Assembly (NCBI GenBank): GCA_030591685.1 | Contig: JAUVAX010000017.1 | Location: forward strand, 1 to 45,060 | Reading direction: 5' to 3' | Source of the DNA: Pseudobdellovibrionaceae bacterium | Lineage (GTDB): Bacteria > Bdellovibrionota > Bdellovibrionia > Bdellovibrionales > UBA1609 | Length of the DNA: 45,060 bases | Shown: piece after piece, positions 9,559 to 19,408 of the stretch | Position numbering within the stretch: the stretch's first letter is position 1 | How the letters are laid out: the number at the start of each line of letters is the position of its first letter | The notes under the pieces: model-generated | The model's input: the letters and a program-made list of their open reading frames with translations, nothing else | The model's database searches: none | Told to the model about the DNA's origin: nothing | Program-made: the position numbers and the translations under genes

Positions 9559-11445
9559 ATGGTATTAGACGATTATTTATTAGCACAGAAATCTAATAAA
9601 TCTAAAATTAATGAGCGCCCCACCAATGGCAATTATATCTTTGCAGATGTGCTTGATAGAATGGCGGCCTTTATAGTGGATTTGTTTTTAATATTTATCC
9701 CTATCATGAAGCTCATCTCTGCGCCATTTAATACAAGTATTTATGATTTAAAATATTTAGGGCAATTGGACCAATTAGATATCCATCGGCTTTGGATTGT
9801 TGGACTCTATGTTTTATGCTATCTGCTTTATCAATCATTTTTCTTGTCAAAGTATGGTGCCACACCAGGAAAGAAAATTTTCAAAATAAAAGTTATTGTT
9901 CTTTTTACCCGCGAAACGCCAGGGGTGTTTAGCTCTATCATTCGCACAGTCTTTATTTTATTTGAGGTGATGATGTTTCCGGTCACTTTATTTATGTTTT
10001 TAACCCATAAAGACCGAAGGATGCTGCATGACCGGGTTGTGGACACAATCACGGTTTCTACAAAGGCTAATTTAGTAAAATCCCACCCTGTTGAGATTTC
10101 ATATGTGAAGGCCATGTACACTTCCTTTTTATTGATGTATTTTATGTTAGCTATTGCACCTGTTTTTATGGGTGGTAGTTTTGAGAGTGTAGCTAAAAAT
10201 AAAACCCCTGATAAGTGTTATAAGCTAGAAAGTTATAATACGCAGGAGTTTTCAAAATATGTGTCAACATTTTTAGCCGGTAAACAAAGTCTTGATTGCT
10301 TTGATGCTAATGCGAGCTTGGCACTAGATATAAAGGAAACAAGGGAGCAAGGCTACGTAGCTAAATTTTTATCAATAAAAAAAGCTAATGGAAGTTTTAA
10401 GCTCCTAAAGAGCTATAAAGACAGGATTTGTAATACAAGCAGCATTGCGTGTAAGGTTGCAGATCATATGCTGTACGGTAAAAGATCAAAAGTAAAGGTA
10501 GAGAAACTATACACTCAAATTCATAGGGCTAGTAAGTCGCCGTTTAATGTTTGGTTACTAGGTAAAATGTTAAAAGAGAACAATTATAAAATGGTGAGTA
10601 GATTCTCTAAAAGAGCTGCCATAGATAGCTCAATTAAGGATTTTTATGGTGCCGCTAAAGTGAAGCTGCTTTGGGCGTTTAAGGACCGGTCAAAATCAAC
10701 TCGATTGGCCAATAAACTTTTTAAAGGAACGTCGTCAGTGGTAACAACAGAGTTAGCTCAGTGGATGTGCTATAAAAAATTAAATGTGTCATGCGCATTA
10801 GCGGAGGCCCCCTCTTGTGAGAAATTTTTGAAAGGGTTTTTGTCTAACCCTTCGACACCCATGAGTGAGCTTACATATATAAAGACGGCTGAGTGTAATG
10901 CACAAGGGGAAGAGCTAGGGCAGGTGTATAGCGACACCTCTAAATTAGTTGAGAACGTTAACTCGAAAATACTATTATATGCATTAAATGCCTTTGATAA
11001 TGGGGAGTTTGAAAAGAGCTTTGGACATTTAAAGACGCTCTTAACATCAGAGACATCTGATGATAATTATAAGAAAGAGGCGGCGTTAAGAATGATTAAC
11101 ATGAGCCTTAACCAAGAGCAGTGGTCAGAGGTTTATGCTTGGTGGCTTTCGGCCCATCATAGCCTTGAGTGGGAGCAGGTGGGCGTGGCACTGCTAGCGA
11201 AGAATAACAAGTTTGGCACCTTTGATGTGGCCGCTAAGATTTCTGTAAGTCTTGAGGGGTACCTCAATCAAACGCCAGGCGTGTTACAACAAATGATCAT
11301 TGCCCACTATTATGCCGGCAATAAACTAAAGGCTGGGCAAATCTATAAAGGTTTTAAAAAGAGTGCCCCGCTCAGGGGTACAGCTAGTGTTGAGAAGCTA
11401 TTTAAAGAGGCCGAAGATCAATTAAAAAAAGGTGGACATAAATGA
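9559..11445 (+). CDS. RDD family membrane protein with a large Cys-rich, helical C-terminal domain
   Basis: RMAAFIVD, GATPGKKIFKIKV, RRMLHDRVVDT are RDD-family motifs. Confidence 0.85.
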   Translation: MVLDDYLLAQKSNKSKINERPTNGNYIFADVLDRMAAFIVDLFLIFIPIMKLISAPFNTSIYDLKYLGQLDQLDIHRLWIVGLYVLCYLLYQSFFLSKYGATPGKKIFKIKVIVLFTRETPGVFSSIIRTVFILFEVMMFPVTLFMFLTHKDRRMLHDRVVDTITVSTKANLVKSHPVEISYVKAMYTSFLLMYFMLAIAPVFMGGSFESVAKNKTPDKCYKLESYNTQEFSKYVSTFLAGKQSLDCFDANASLALDIKETREQGYVAKFLSIKKANGSFKLLKSYKDRICNTSSIACKVADHMLYGKRSKVKVEKLYTQIHRASKSPFNVWLLGKMLKENNYKMVSRFSKRAAIDSSIKDFYGAAKVKLLWAFKDRSKSTRLANKLFKGTSSVVTTELAQWMCYKKLNVSCALAEAPSCEKFLKGFLSNPSTPMSELTYIKTAECNAQGEELGQVYSDTSKLVENVNSKILLYALNAFDNGEFEKSFGHLKTLLTSETSDDNYKKEAALRMINMSLNQEQWSEVYAWWLSAHHSLEWEQVGVALLAKNNKFGTFDVAAKISVSLEGYLNQTPGVLQQMIIAHYYAGNKLKAGQIYKGFKKSAPLRGTASVEKLFKEAEDQLKKGGHK

Positions 11446-12425
11446 ACGTTCCTTTTTTAATCCCTTTTTTGAAAGGTTTTATGCGGTTTTCAAAGGCTCC
11501 GATCACTTGGTGTATTGTTTATTTGAATATTGTTGTCTATATCATGACGGGAACAAATACATCTACGGTAACAGAAGGCTGGAGTGACCTTGTTAAAGAT
11601 AAGCAAGTACTCAAAGTACAAGGTCGCCTTTATATGGATTTTATAAATAACCACCCGGAACAGTACGAGGGTGTCGTAAAACAATTTGCTCAAAGGGCTA
11701 GAGACGGCGAGGTGCATTTAATTAAACAGCTCGCTTCATTTTCGTTTACAGATAAACTATTTATATCAGTAGCTACAAAGGGGCTTGTGGCCAGCGATGC
11801 AGTGGCTTACGGGTGGTGGCAGAAGCAATTTTTAGAGCAAAAAAATAAGTTCTCTGAGCTCCCTCGTAATGTTTTGTCGGTAAAAGGTGTTGGACCCAAT
11901 TTAATATCTTGGGTGACGTATCAGTTTGTACATGCCGACATTATCCACTTACTGATTAATATGATTTTTGTATTAATTTTTGGAGCTTACTTGGAGCGCT
12001 TTCTTGGGAGCTTTAGGTTTTTAATGGTGTACTTGTTCTCTGGATTTATTGCAGCAGGGGTGTTTTTAACGTTTAATGACATAACATTAGCCCCTTTAAT
12101 GGGAGCCAGTGGGTCGTTAAGTGGTGTTATGGCCTTTTTATGTATTATACTTTGGAAGAGGCCAATAAAGTTTTTTTACATTTTAATGATCCCTATAAGG
12201 CGGTACATGGGGGTTGTAAAGTTACCAGCGTGGGTGGCTTTTGCATTGTTAATCATTAATGACTTGTCCGGTTTTTTATCTAAACCTCAGATGTTTGTTG
12301 AGGTGGCCTATAGTGCTCACTTAGGGGGAGCGTTTATAGGGACAGTTTTAGCTGTATTATATATTGCGGTTAAAAGAGCTGAGCGTTCTAGAGTATTGGT
12401 GGCTCAAAAAATTCACAAGCTCTGA
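11442..12425 (+). CDS. Rhomboid family intramembrane serine protease
   Basis: TYQFVHADIIHLLINM, GASG (catalytic Ser), AHLGG (catalytic His); overlaps the upstream stop. Confidence 0.92.
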   Translation: MNVPFLIPFLKGFMRFSKAPITWCIVYLNIVVYIMTGTNTSTVTEGWSDLVKDKQVLKVQGRLYMDFINNHPEQYEGVVKQFAQRARDGEVHLIKQLASFSFTDKLFISVATKGLVASDAVAYGWWQKQFLEQKNKFSELPRNVLSVKGVGPNLISWVTYQFVHADIIHLLINMIFVLIFGAYLERFLGSFRFLMVYLFSGFIAAGVFLTFNDITLAPLMGASGSLSGVMAFLCIILWKRPIKFFYILMIPIRRYMGVVKLPAWVAFALLIINDLSGFLSKPQMFVEVAYSAHLGGAFIGTVLAVLYIAVKRAERSRVLVAQKIHKL

Positions 12426-12445
12426 GAGTCGTAAAAAAATAAAAA

Positions 12446-15427
12446 TTAACTTTCGTCTAATGGAGCGAATCCACGTCTCATAGTGTTTTCGGTAATTACT
12501 TTTGGATTTACAAACTGTAAAAGGTAGTCAGGCCCTCCGGCCTTAGAGCCAACCCCTGACATTTTATACCCCCCAAAGGGGTGTCTATCGACAACAGCTC
12601 CTGTAATGGACCTATTTATGTATAGGTTGCCGACTTCGAGCTGCTGCTTGACGAGCTCAATGTTACCTGGGCTTCTAGAGAATATGCCGCCAGTTAAGGC
12701 GTACTCGGTAGAGTTTGAGACTTTGATGGCCTCATTAATATCTGTGACCTTGATAATAGCCAGTACGGGGCCAAAAATTTCACTTTGTGCGAGCTCACTA
12801 TATGGGTCTACATCTGTAAATATAGTGGGGGGGATAAAGTAGCCTTGCTCTGGTGCTGATCCCTGAAAGGCAAGGGTGGATAATTGCTTTGATTTTTCGA
12901 TGATAGCTTGTATTCGTGTAAAAGAGACTTCATCCACTACAGCGCCGACAAAAGAGTGGGGGTGCTCTGAGGGGAGTACCTTTAGGCTTTTAGCGGCTTC
13001 AATAATTCGTTCAACAAAATTATCATAAGCCTCTTTAAGTACAATCACTCGGCTGCAGGCAGAGCACTTTTGCCCCTGAAAGGCAAAGGCTGAGTAAAGT
13101 ACTTGAGAGACGGCTTCGTCTAAGTCAGCATCGTTATCAATAATTGTGGCGTTTTTACCGCCCATTTCAATAATGCATTTTTTTATATTTTGTTGCCCCG
13201 GTAATATTGTACCGGCTTTTTTGATGATCTCTAGACCAACATTTTTAGAGCCTGTAAAGGCGATAATATCAATTTCTTTTTTACTGGTTAAGTAAGCACC
13301 GATTTCGTTGCCAATTCCGGGTAAAAAGTTGACGACACCATTTGGTACTCCAGCCTGAATTAAACGTTTCATAAGTTCATAGGCGATAAGAGTGCTTTGC
13401 TCGGCGGGCTTCATGATGACAGTGTTTCCGGTGACGAGGCTAGCGACAGTCATTCCCGTAAGAATAGCGAGTGGAAAGTTCCATGGGGCAACGACTAAAC
13501 TGACCCCCTTGGCTTGATATTGGTAAAAGCTATTTTCGCCCATGACATGGCCCGTTTTTTGGGGGGCCGCAAGCTTGTGCATTTGAAAGGCATAGTAGCG
13601 GCAAAAGTCGATGGCCTCTGTCACATCACCATCAGCTTCGCTCCATGCCTTGCCTGACTCTAAGGTCATTAGAGCCGCTAATTCAAAACGATCTTTTTTT
13701 AATATATCAGCGAGTTTATTTATTACTTCGCAGCGTTTTTCAGGGGGCGTTTGGGACCAAGAAGTTTTGTTATCTATGGCTGATGCTAAGGCCTCATCGG
13801 CCTCTTTTGTGCTCCCAATATAAAATTCACCCAGTGATTTTTTATCACAGGGGTTGATGCTTTTAAGTGTGCGATCTGTTTTGACGGCCTGTCCATTTAT
13901 GATAAGGGGGCAGGGGTCTGAAGTTTTTGTTTTTACTTGAGCCAGAGCTTTGGCGTACTGGTGGCGATGGGCCGGAAGTGTAAAGTCTAATAGGGGCTCA
14001 TTTTCAAAACCAGGGTGGGGCACGTAATCACCTTGAGATGTAATGAGGTTCGTATTTGGGTTTTTTAAAAGTAGATCTACATTTACATTGTCGGCAAATT
14101 TAGATTTTAAAAAAGATTGGTTTGACGTGTTTTCGAGTAATCGTCGAACCAGGTAGGCCATGCCGGGGATGAGTTGACCAACAGTGGCGTATTCGCGGAC
14201 TCGGTAGCCCATGTTGAGGAGAGCTAGTTTTATGGGTTCAGCCATCCCGTAGAGCATTTGTATTTCAAGTGCATTTTTAGGTAAGCCGAGCTTTTCAGCC
14301 ATACAAATACTGGCGGCAATGCTTCGTACATTGTGCGAGCCTACGGCCAGCTTTATTTTGGGGTAGTTTTTTAAAATCAGCTCTGCGCATCGCTCATAAT
14401 TGGCGTCGGACTCTTGTTTTATGGTGTATACAGGGTTAGGCCAGCCGTGTTGGTTTGATAAAATACTCTCATAGTCCCAGTAAGCCCCTTTTACAAGCCT
14501 TACAGTGATAGGGAGGGCCCGGTCTTTAGTGAAACTTAAGAGATCATTTATGTCTGAATAACTGTCGCGCAGATAGGCCTGTATGACAATGCCCCAGTGG
14601 GGGTAGTCTTTGTACCTGTCATCACTGAGTATTTTTTTAAACACATCAAGAGTTAGGTTTTTGTGATGAAAGCTCTCCATATCAATGTTGATAAAAGTAT
14701 TTGTTTTTATAGCTAAATCTAAAATGGGGCTGAGCCGTTTTATGAGCTCTTGGATGGACGTATCCCAAGCTGTTTCTTTAATTTGAGAGTAGAGAGAGGT
14801 TAGTTTTATCGACACGTTAACAGCAGGTAAGTCACCCATGCTGTCGGTGTCTATTAGTGGGTTTTGGGACCAAGATTTTGACTGAGTGTGCAGGGCTTGA
14901 ATGAGTTCAAGGTATCTTTTTTGATAATCAAGAGCCTCTTTTTGGGATAAAGTGGCTTCACCTAGTAAGTCTACGGTGAACCCAAGAGAGTTTTTACGGT
15001 TTTGAGAGAGAGTTTTTATGGCCTCTTCAGGGGTGGAGCCTGTGATAAACATTTTGGCCATTTGCTCGATATTTTTTTTAATAGCTTTTGCTAACAATCC
15101 TGGGGCCAGTGAGCCTATGCCAAGCCCGGCAGAGAAGAAAGAGGTGAAGTCTGTGTTTTTTTCGCCCTTAAGGTCGCTGAAGTACTCCTTAAGGTGCTTG
15201 GAGACCTCTTGGCTTGTGTTTAGCGTTGGCAGTACATCAACAAACCGAAACATCTGGACTTTGAAGGCTTCGTTTTTCATGCTCCAGTCCATAATGCGTG
15301 AGTACCAGTAGTCTTTGCTAAAAAAAGTTTTTGCCTTAACTGACTCAGACTTAGTGAAAATCTCTTTGCCGAGATCTAAAATAACTTGGTCGAGCTCATG
15401 GTCGATAATAGAGGTTGAATGGCTCAT
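12446..15427 (-). CDS. putA: Bifunctional proline dehydrogenase / P5C dehydrogenase
   Basis: FRFVDVLP, DLLGE, RLVKGAYWD, YLVRRLLENTSN, PWNFP, EMGGKN, GQKCSA, EIFGP. ORF is open to 15496; ATG 15427 has GGGGGG just upstream. Confidence 0.95.
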   Translation of the reverse strand: MSHSTSIIDHELDQVILDLGKEIFTKSESVKAKTFFSKDYWYSRIMDWSMKNEAFKVQMFRFVDVLPTLNTSQEVSKHLKEYFSDLKGEKNTDFTSFFSAGLGIGSLAPGLLAKAIKKNIEQMAKMFITGSTPEEAIKTLSQNRKNSLGFTVDLLGEATLSQKEALDYQKRYLELIQALHTQSKSWSQNPLIDTDSMGDLPAVNVSIKLTSLYSQIKETAWDTSIQELIKRLSPILDLAIKTNTFINIDMESFHHKNLTLDVFKKILSDDRYKDYPHWGIVIQAYLRDSYSDINDLLSFTKDRALPITVRLVKGAYWDYESILSNQHGWPNPVYTIKQESDANYERCAELILKNYPKIKLAVGSHNVRSIAASICMAEKLGLPKNALEIQMLYGMAEPIKLALLNMGYRVREYATVGQLIPGMAYLVRRLLENTSNQSFLKSKFADNVNVDLLLKNPNTNLITSQGDYVPHPGFENEPLLDFTLPAHRHQYAKALAQVKTKTSDPCPLIINGQAVKTDRTLKSINPCDKKSLGEFYIGSTKEADEALASAIDNKTSWSQTPPEKRCEVINKLADILKKDRFELAALMTLESGKAWSEADGDVTEAIDFCRYYAFQMHKLAAPQKTGHVMGENSFYQYQAKGVSLVVAPWNFPLAILTGMTVASLVTGNTVIMKPAEQSTLIAYELMKRLIQAGVPNGVVNFLPGIGNEIGAYLTSKKEIDIIAFTGSKNVGLEIIKKAGTILPGQQNIKKCIIEMGGKNATIIDNDADLDEAVSQVLYSAFAFQGQKCSACSRVIVLKEAYDNFVERIIEAAKSLKVLPSEHPHSFVGAVVDEVSFTRIQAIIEKSKQLSTLAFQGSAPEQGYFIPPTIFTDVDPYSELAQSEIFGPVLAIIKVTDINEAIKVSNSTEYALTGGIFSRSPGNIELVKQQLEVGNLYINRSITGAVVDRHPFGGYKMSGVGSKAGGPDYLLQFVNPKVITENTMRRGFAPLDES

Positions 15428-15901
15428 TGGCCCCCCATGGATATTTGGTTGAACAGCTGTTGAGTTTTGAAAATTAGAGGTATCAATTTTTTGCATGAAG
15501 TCTCCAAAGTAGGGAGTGTAAGCCTTGTATTATCTAATGGTGCTAATGGGCCTAAAAATCAAGAACATTTCATGAAAAAAAGACTAAATTATGGTGCTTA
15601 CATAGGTTTTTGTGGGGCCGTTAGTTAAAATTTGGGCTTAAAAAAAAAGCACTTTTTAATAACCATTTCGAGCAAAAAGTCCCATGAGCTGAGAGTGGAG
15701 GGGCTAAAACACATTACTTGCTATGGCTTAAAGGTGTTGATGTTTAAAGTATATAGGATTAGCGTATACAGATAGGGTCATTTTTTTAAAAAACTTAAGC
15801 TTTTAGTTAAGGGTTTATTAAGTTTTTGCGAATTAAAAATGAAGCGTTGCGTTTTTTAAGAGGTTATATAATGTGCCTTTTTTTACACTTGGAGGAGCCC
15901 C

Positions 15902-16579
15902 ATGCCTAAGGTTTTAGTTGTTGATGATGAGTTAGAGGTTCGAGACTTTTTGGTATCAACTCTCACTAGTGAAAGCTTTGAAGTTTTGGGCATTGAAAAT
16001 GGAAGTACTCTTCTTGATGTTTTAAAGAATTTTAATCCTGACATTATTTTAATGGACTACAAAATGCCTGGGCCTAATGGTGTTGAGCTTGTTAAGCAAG
16101 TCAGGGGTTATTCAGAGTATAAGGCGCTGCCGATTATAATGGTCACAGGTGTTGATGGCGAAGATGAGAAAGTTCAAGCCCTCGAGGTGGGTGCTGATGA
16201 TTATGTTGTAAAGCCATTTTTACCTAAAGTGTTAGGAGCTCGTATCAGAGCCGTATTGAGGAGATCAGTAGATTCTCAAGGAGCTCCGGATAAGCTTGAG
16301 GTGGCCGGCTTGGTGATTGATTTAAAGTCTCACAAGGTGTTTTTAGATAGCGCAGAAATTCATTTAACGCTAACTGAGTTTAAAATACTAACAGAGCTTT
16401 TGAAGCAAAAAAGCGAGGTGCTCTCAAGGGACAAGTTAAGACAATCCGCCTTGGGTAATTTAAATGTCACAGACCGAACCATTGATGTGCACATGGCCTC
16501 GTTGAGAAAAAAACTAGCTCACCTCGGAGACTCCATTGAAACGGTCAGGGGTGTTGGTTATAGGTTCGAAGCCAAGTAG
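15902..16579 (+). CDS. OmpR/PhoB family DNA-binding response regulator
   Basis: VVDD, LMDYKMPG, GADDYVVKPF, LTLTEF, DRTIDVH, IETVRGVGYRF; GGAGGAG RBS. Confidence 0.95.
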   Translation: MPKVLVVDDELEVRDFLVSTLTSESFEVLGIENGSTLLDVLKNFNPDIILMDYKMPGPNGVELVKQVRGYSEYKALPIIMVTGVDGEDEKVQALEVGADDYVVKPFLPKVLGARIRAVLRRSVDSQGAPDKLEVAGLVIDLKSHKVFLDSAEIHLTLTEFKILTELLKQKSEVLSRDKLRQSALGNLNVTDRTIDVHMASLRKKLAHLGDSIETVRGVGYRFEAK

Positions 16580-16744
16580 TGCAAAAATAACCACACCTAT
16601 AATAAATACTTATATTTGGTAGTTAAAGCATCACTGTGTTGGTTTTGAGGTGTCATATTGCACCGGCGTGAAAACAATTTCTTATGACTTAAAGCTCTTA
16701 AAATGTATTTAAAGTCACTTGGCTGTCAATATGGCTCCAAAAAG

Positions 16745-16761
16745 TTGGCCTTCTTTTTGCT
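16745..16761 (+). promoter_or_regulatory. sigma54 (-24/-12) promoter
   Basis: TTGGCCTTCTTTTTGCT, GG-N10-GC spacing with TTGCT; predicted start about 16772. Confidence 0.6.
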
Positions 16762-16770
16762 CTATACTAG

Positions 16771-16945
16771 GTTTAAGAGGCGCACAAAAAGCCGCCCTTT
16801 AAACTCAGGCTCCCCACCACAGTCGTGGTACTCTTAGAGCCTACAAGCCCCGCCCCACCGCCCCACCTGACCACTGGGGGAGCTAAAAAGCTCCCACCCA
16901 GCCCCGCCTCCCTTTTTTTTGAGTGACGGAGCCTTTTCTTTCTTT
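16771..16945 (+). ncRNA. Putative structured C-rich small RNA (family not recognised)
   Basis: GC-rich island without an ORF; hairpins 16771-16804, 16807-16842 and 16878-16895; CCCC[A/G]CC repeats; T-rich 3' end. Confidence 0.5.
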
Positions 16946-17175
16946 AGCAATTCCTTTTCTCCTAATATTCTCTCGCGCCATGTTAAACTCATTGGGATAA
17001 GTTGTGATATTAAAAAAGAGCCTAAATGGTTAATTCAATGAAGCTTTTGACAAGGAAATCCAGAGAATTATTCATATTGGAGTACCTCAACTGCGCCCAT
17101 GGTCAACCAAGACCAGTTGAACAAAATACTTTAATGCTGTAGTTCACCAGTAATTAAAGGTTCAAGGGGGGAAAT

Positions 17176-18522
17176 ATGAGTCGTGTGTTTCAGTATATCA
17201 TTGGCGTTGCTTTTTTTGCTCAAACACTTGTTGGAGGTTTAGACTCAGCAAAAGCTGACTATAAACTACTTTGGTTGCCAACAGATAAAGAGTGCCCAAG
17301 TCAAGAAACTCAAACCGAAAAATATATCAACGCACCTCTTTTTCATGACCTCTCAAGTGTAGCTGATATTTCTAGAATCCCAGGGCTTAATACACATGAT
17401 GAGCTGAGAACTTCAGATGTTTATAAGGATAAAGAGCTTCGGGTTTTTTATGAATTGATGGGACCTTTTGATCCTGAAAAAGAAACCATATTTTTTGTCC
17501 CAGGCGGTCCGGGGCAGGACCATACATTTATCCATACTCTCAAGGAAAAACTTTTTAAAAGATTTGATCCAGATTTTTTAAAAACATTCAATGTATTAGC
17601 AATGGATCACAGAGGTGTAGGCTGTTCGAAACCCAAGTTCCCGGGAAATGAGCCTTCCCAGAGCCTATATATACGATATGCGGCGTCTGATATGGACTTA
17701 ATCAGAAAAAAGTTACTGGGACACGAAGGTAAAATTCACGTCTGGGGTGGCTCATACGGTACAATGCTCTCTCAAACTTACGCTCTTCTGTACCCAAACT
17801 CCATAAAGAGCTTAATGTTGTGGGGAGCATTTAGTTCTTACAAGGATTTCTCACGTGCTAAGCAAAAGTATGAACCCTTTGTGGTGAGCAGCATCCCCAA
17901 GGTATATGAACTTTACCCCTCAATAAAAGATCAGCACCCAGAGCTAGCTCGATTATTTATCCAGTGGACAGCAGGACCCTTCTACGGTTACGAAGGACGA
18001 GCAAAAGTGATTCCTGTCATGATTGAAAAAATTAATTCATTGATTGCAGATAGTAAGATTGATGAAGCGAGGGAGCTTTTGTCCTCACCGCAAGGGGTTA
18101 TGCCCTGGATGATGAGGTCCGTAGCCTGTGGTGAAATTTTTGATTATCAAAGTCACTACGATGGTGAGTTTGAGGTTTTTGGAAATGTGTTTTCATACTG
18201 TGACGAGTACAAAGATATTAGAGAGCTTTTTAACTATTCAGACTTAATCAAACAAATCAACGTACCTACATTTCTTTTCAGCAATTTTTTTGATCACGTC
18301 ACACCATATGAGAGTATGATAAAAATGGCTCAACAAATTCCTGATAACTACTTTTACCTTGATAAGGATTCAGGGCATGGTGTAGATAAGCCCGAGTGTT
18401 TTACAGAACTCATCAGTGGTTTTTTTAAAGGTCTCAATAAAAATGCATTAGATGACATTGCCTATTCAAAAGCCTGTTTAGATCCACCAAAGACCCAACC
18501 AGACGCCGAAGATGATAAATAA
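17176..18522 (+). CDS. Secreted alpha/beta hydrolase, peptidase S33 (prolyl aminopeptidase)-like
   Basis: PGGPG, DHRGVGCS, GGSYG nucleophile elbow, FDHVTP (Asp), SGH (His); signal-like N-terminus. Confidence 0.85.
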   Translation: MSRVFQYIIGVAFFAQTLVGGLDSAKADYKLLWLPTDKECPSQETQTEKYINAPLFHDLSSVADISRIPGLNTHDELRTSDVYKDKELRVFYELMGPFDPEKETIFFVPGGPGQDHTFIHTLKEKLFKRFDPDFLKTFNVLAMDHRGVGCSKPKFPGNEPSQSLYIRYAASDMDLIRKKLLGHEGKIHVWGGSYGTMLSQTYALLYPNSIKSLMLWGAFSSYKDFSRAKQKYEPFVVSSIPKVYELYPSIKDQHPELARLFIQWTAGPFYGYEGRAKVIPVMIEKINSLIADSKIDEARELLSSPQGVMPWMMRSVACGEIFDYQSHYDGEFEVFGNVFSYCDEYKDIRELFNYSDLIKQINVPTFLFSNFFDHVTPYESMIKMAQQIPDNYFYLDKDSGHGVDKPECFTELISGFFKGLNKNALDDIAYSKACLDPPKTQPDAEDDK

Positions 18523-18716
18523 AACCCCAAGGTGCCTAAGAAAATCTAGGAATTTTGTAAGGTCGCTCATTAGCGACCCTACCACTACGGCCAAAGATTT
18601 TATTAAAGCTCTGCCCGAACTGGGCATGAGAGACCCTCATAAAGCTTGGTGAGAGCGTTCGGAAAGGGTGGGGATGGGTCCGGGGGGCGGACTCCGTCAC
18701 TTTGTGTCTTGAAATT

Positions 18717-18790
18717 TGGAGGCGACTGCCGGAGTCGAACCGGCCTAAATGGATTTGCAGTCCACTGCCTAACCGCTTGGCTAAGTCGCC
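18717..18790 (-). tRNA. tRNA-Cys (GCA)
   Basis: 74-nt cloverleaf: acceptor GGCGACT/AGTCGCC, anticodon loop CTGCAAA, T-loop TTCGACT, U73 discriminator, encoded CCA. Confidence 0.97.
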
Positions 18791-19408
18791 CCTAGTTAAG
18801 AGGTAAATAACGGACAAACTCAAAGAAAAAATAAGTGAGTTCTTTAAGATGCGCCCAACAATATCGCCAAAAACAGGGCAATGATCAAGGGTAAATGTTG
18901 AGAATTTGATGTGTGAGGGTTGGGCTGGGCTATAAGAGCTTGAGTTTTCGAGCTGCTTTGCACCAGGGAGAGGGCTTGAGGAGAGCCTATACGAGGGCGT
19001 TTAACGAGTGACCAGGGAGTATTTTTTTAGATGCGACGTGCCGTTGCCGTAGAGTGACCTAAGTTAGGACAAATATAAATTTAAAGGGGCTTGTGAGCAG
19101 TGGACCTGAAGCTGAGCTTAAATACACCTAGAAGGCGCACCTGTTTTGACTGAAGTAAGCCGGTAACTATTAATTAATACTGGGTATTTTTAAAATAGAG
19201 AGCTTTCAATGAATAGCTTGTCGTGAGGGCCGGGCCCGCTCAAGGTTGTCTTAAAATGTGTAAGGGTGAGAATAATTTGAAAGAATTTAAGCAGATGTCT
19301 GAAAATATAAGTGATAACACTGATTTAACTAAAAATTTAAAGTGAAAAGGGTTACAATACTTACTGATTGTGGTGTAATTAATGCGGAATAATATACTAG
19401 GAGAACCA

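Noticed and set aside
16771..16945. Known riboswitch (c-di-GMP, c-di-AMP, TPP, SAM) for the hydrolase gene
   Set aside because: No recognisable aptamer consensus; an Rfam scan is still needed
16580..18790. Integrative element at the tRNA-Cys 3' end
   Set aside because: No integrase and no duplicated tRNA 3' end found by eye
18536..18823. 95-aa ORF
   Set aside because: Overlaps tRNA-Cys on the same strand; spurious
18900..19240. Gene-free stretch with small hairpins and ACCAGGGAG x2
   Set aside because: No coherent structure, promoter-terminator pair or ORF that I can support
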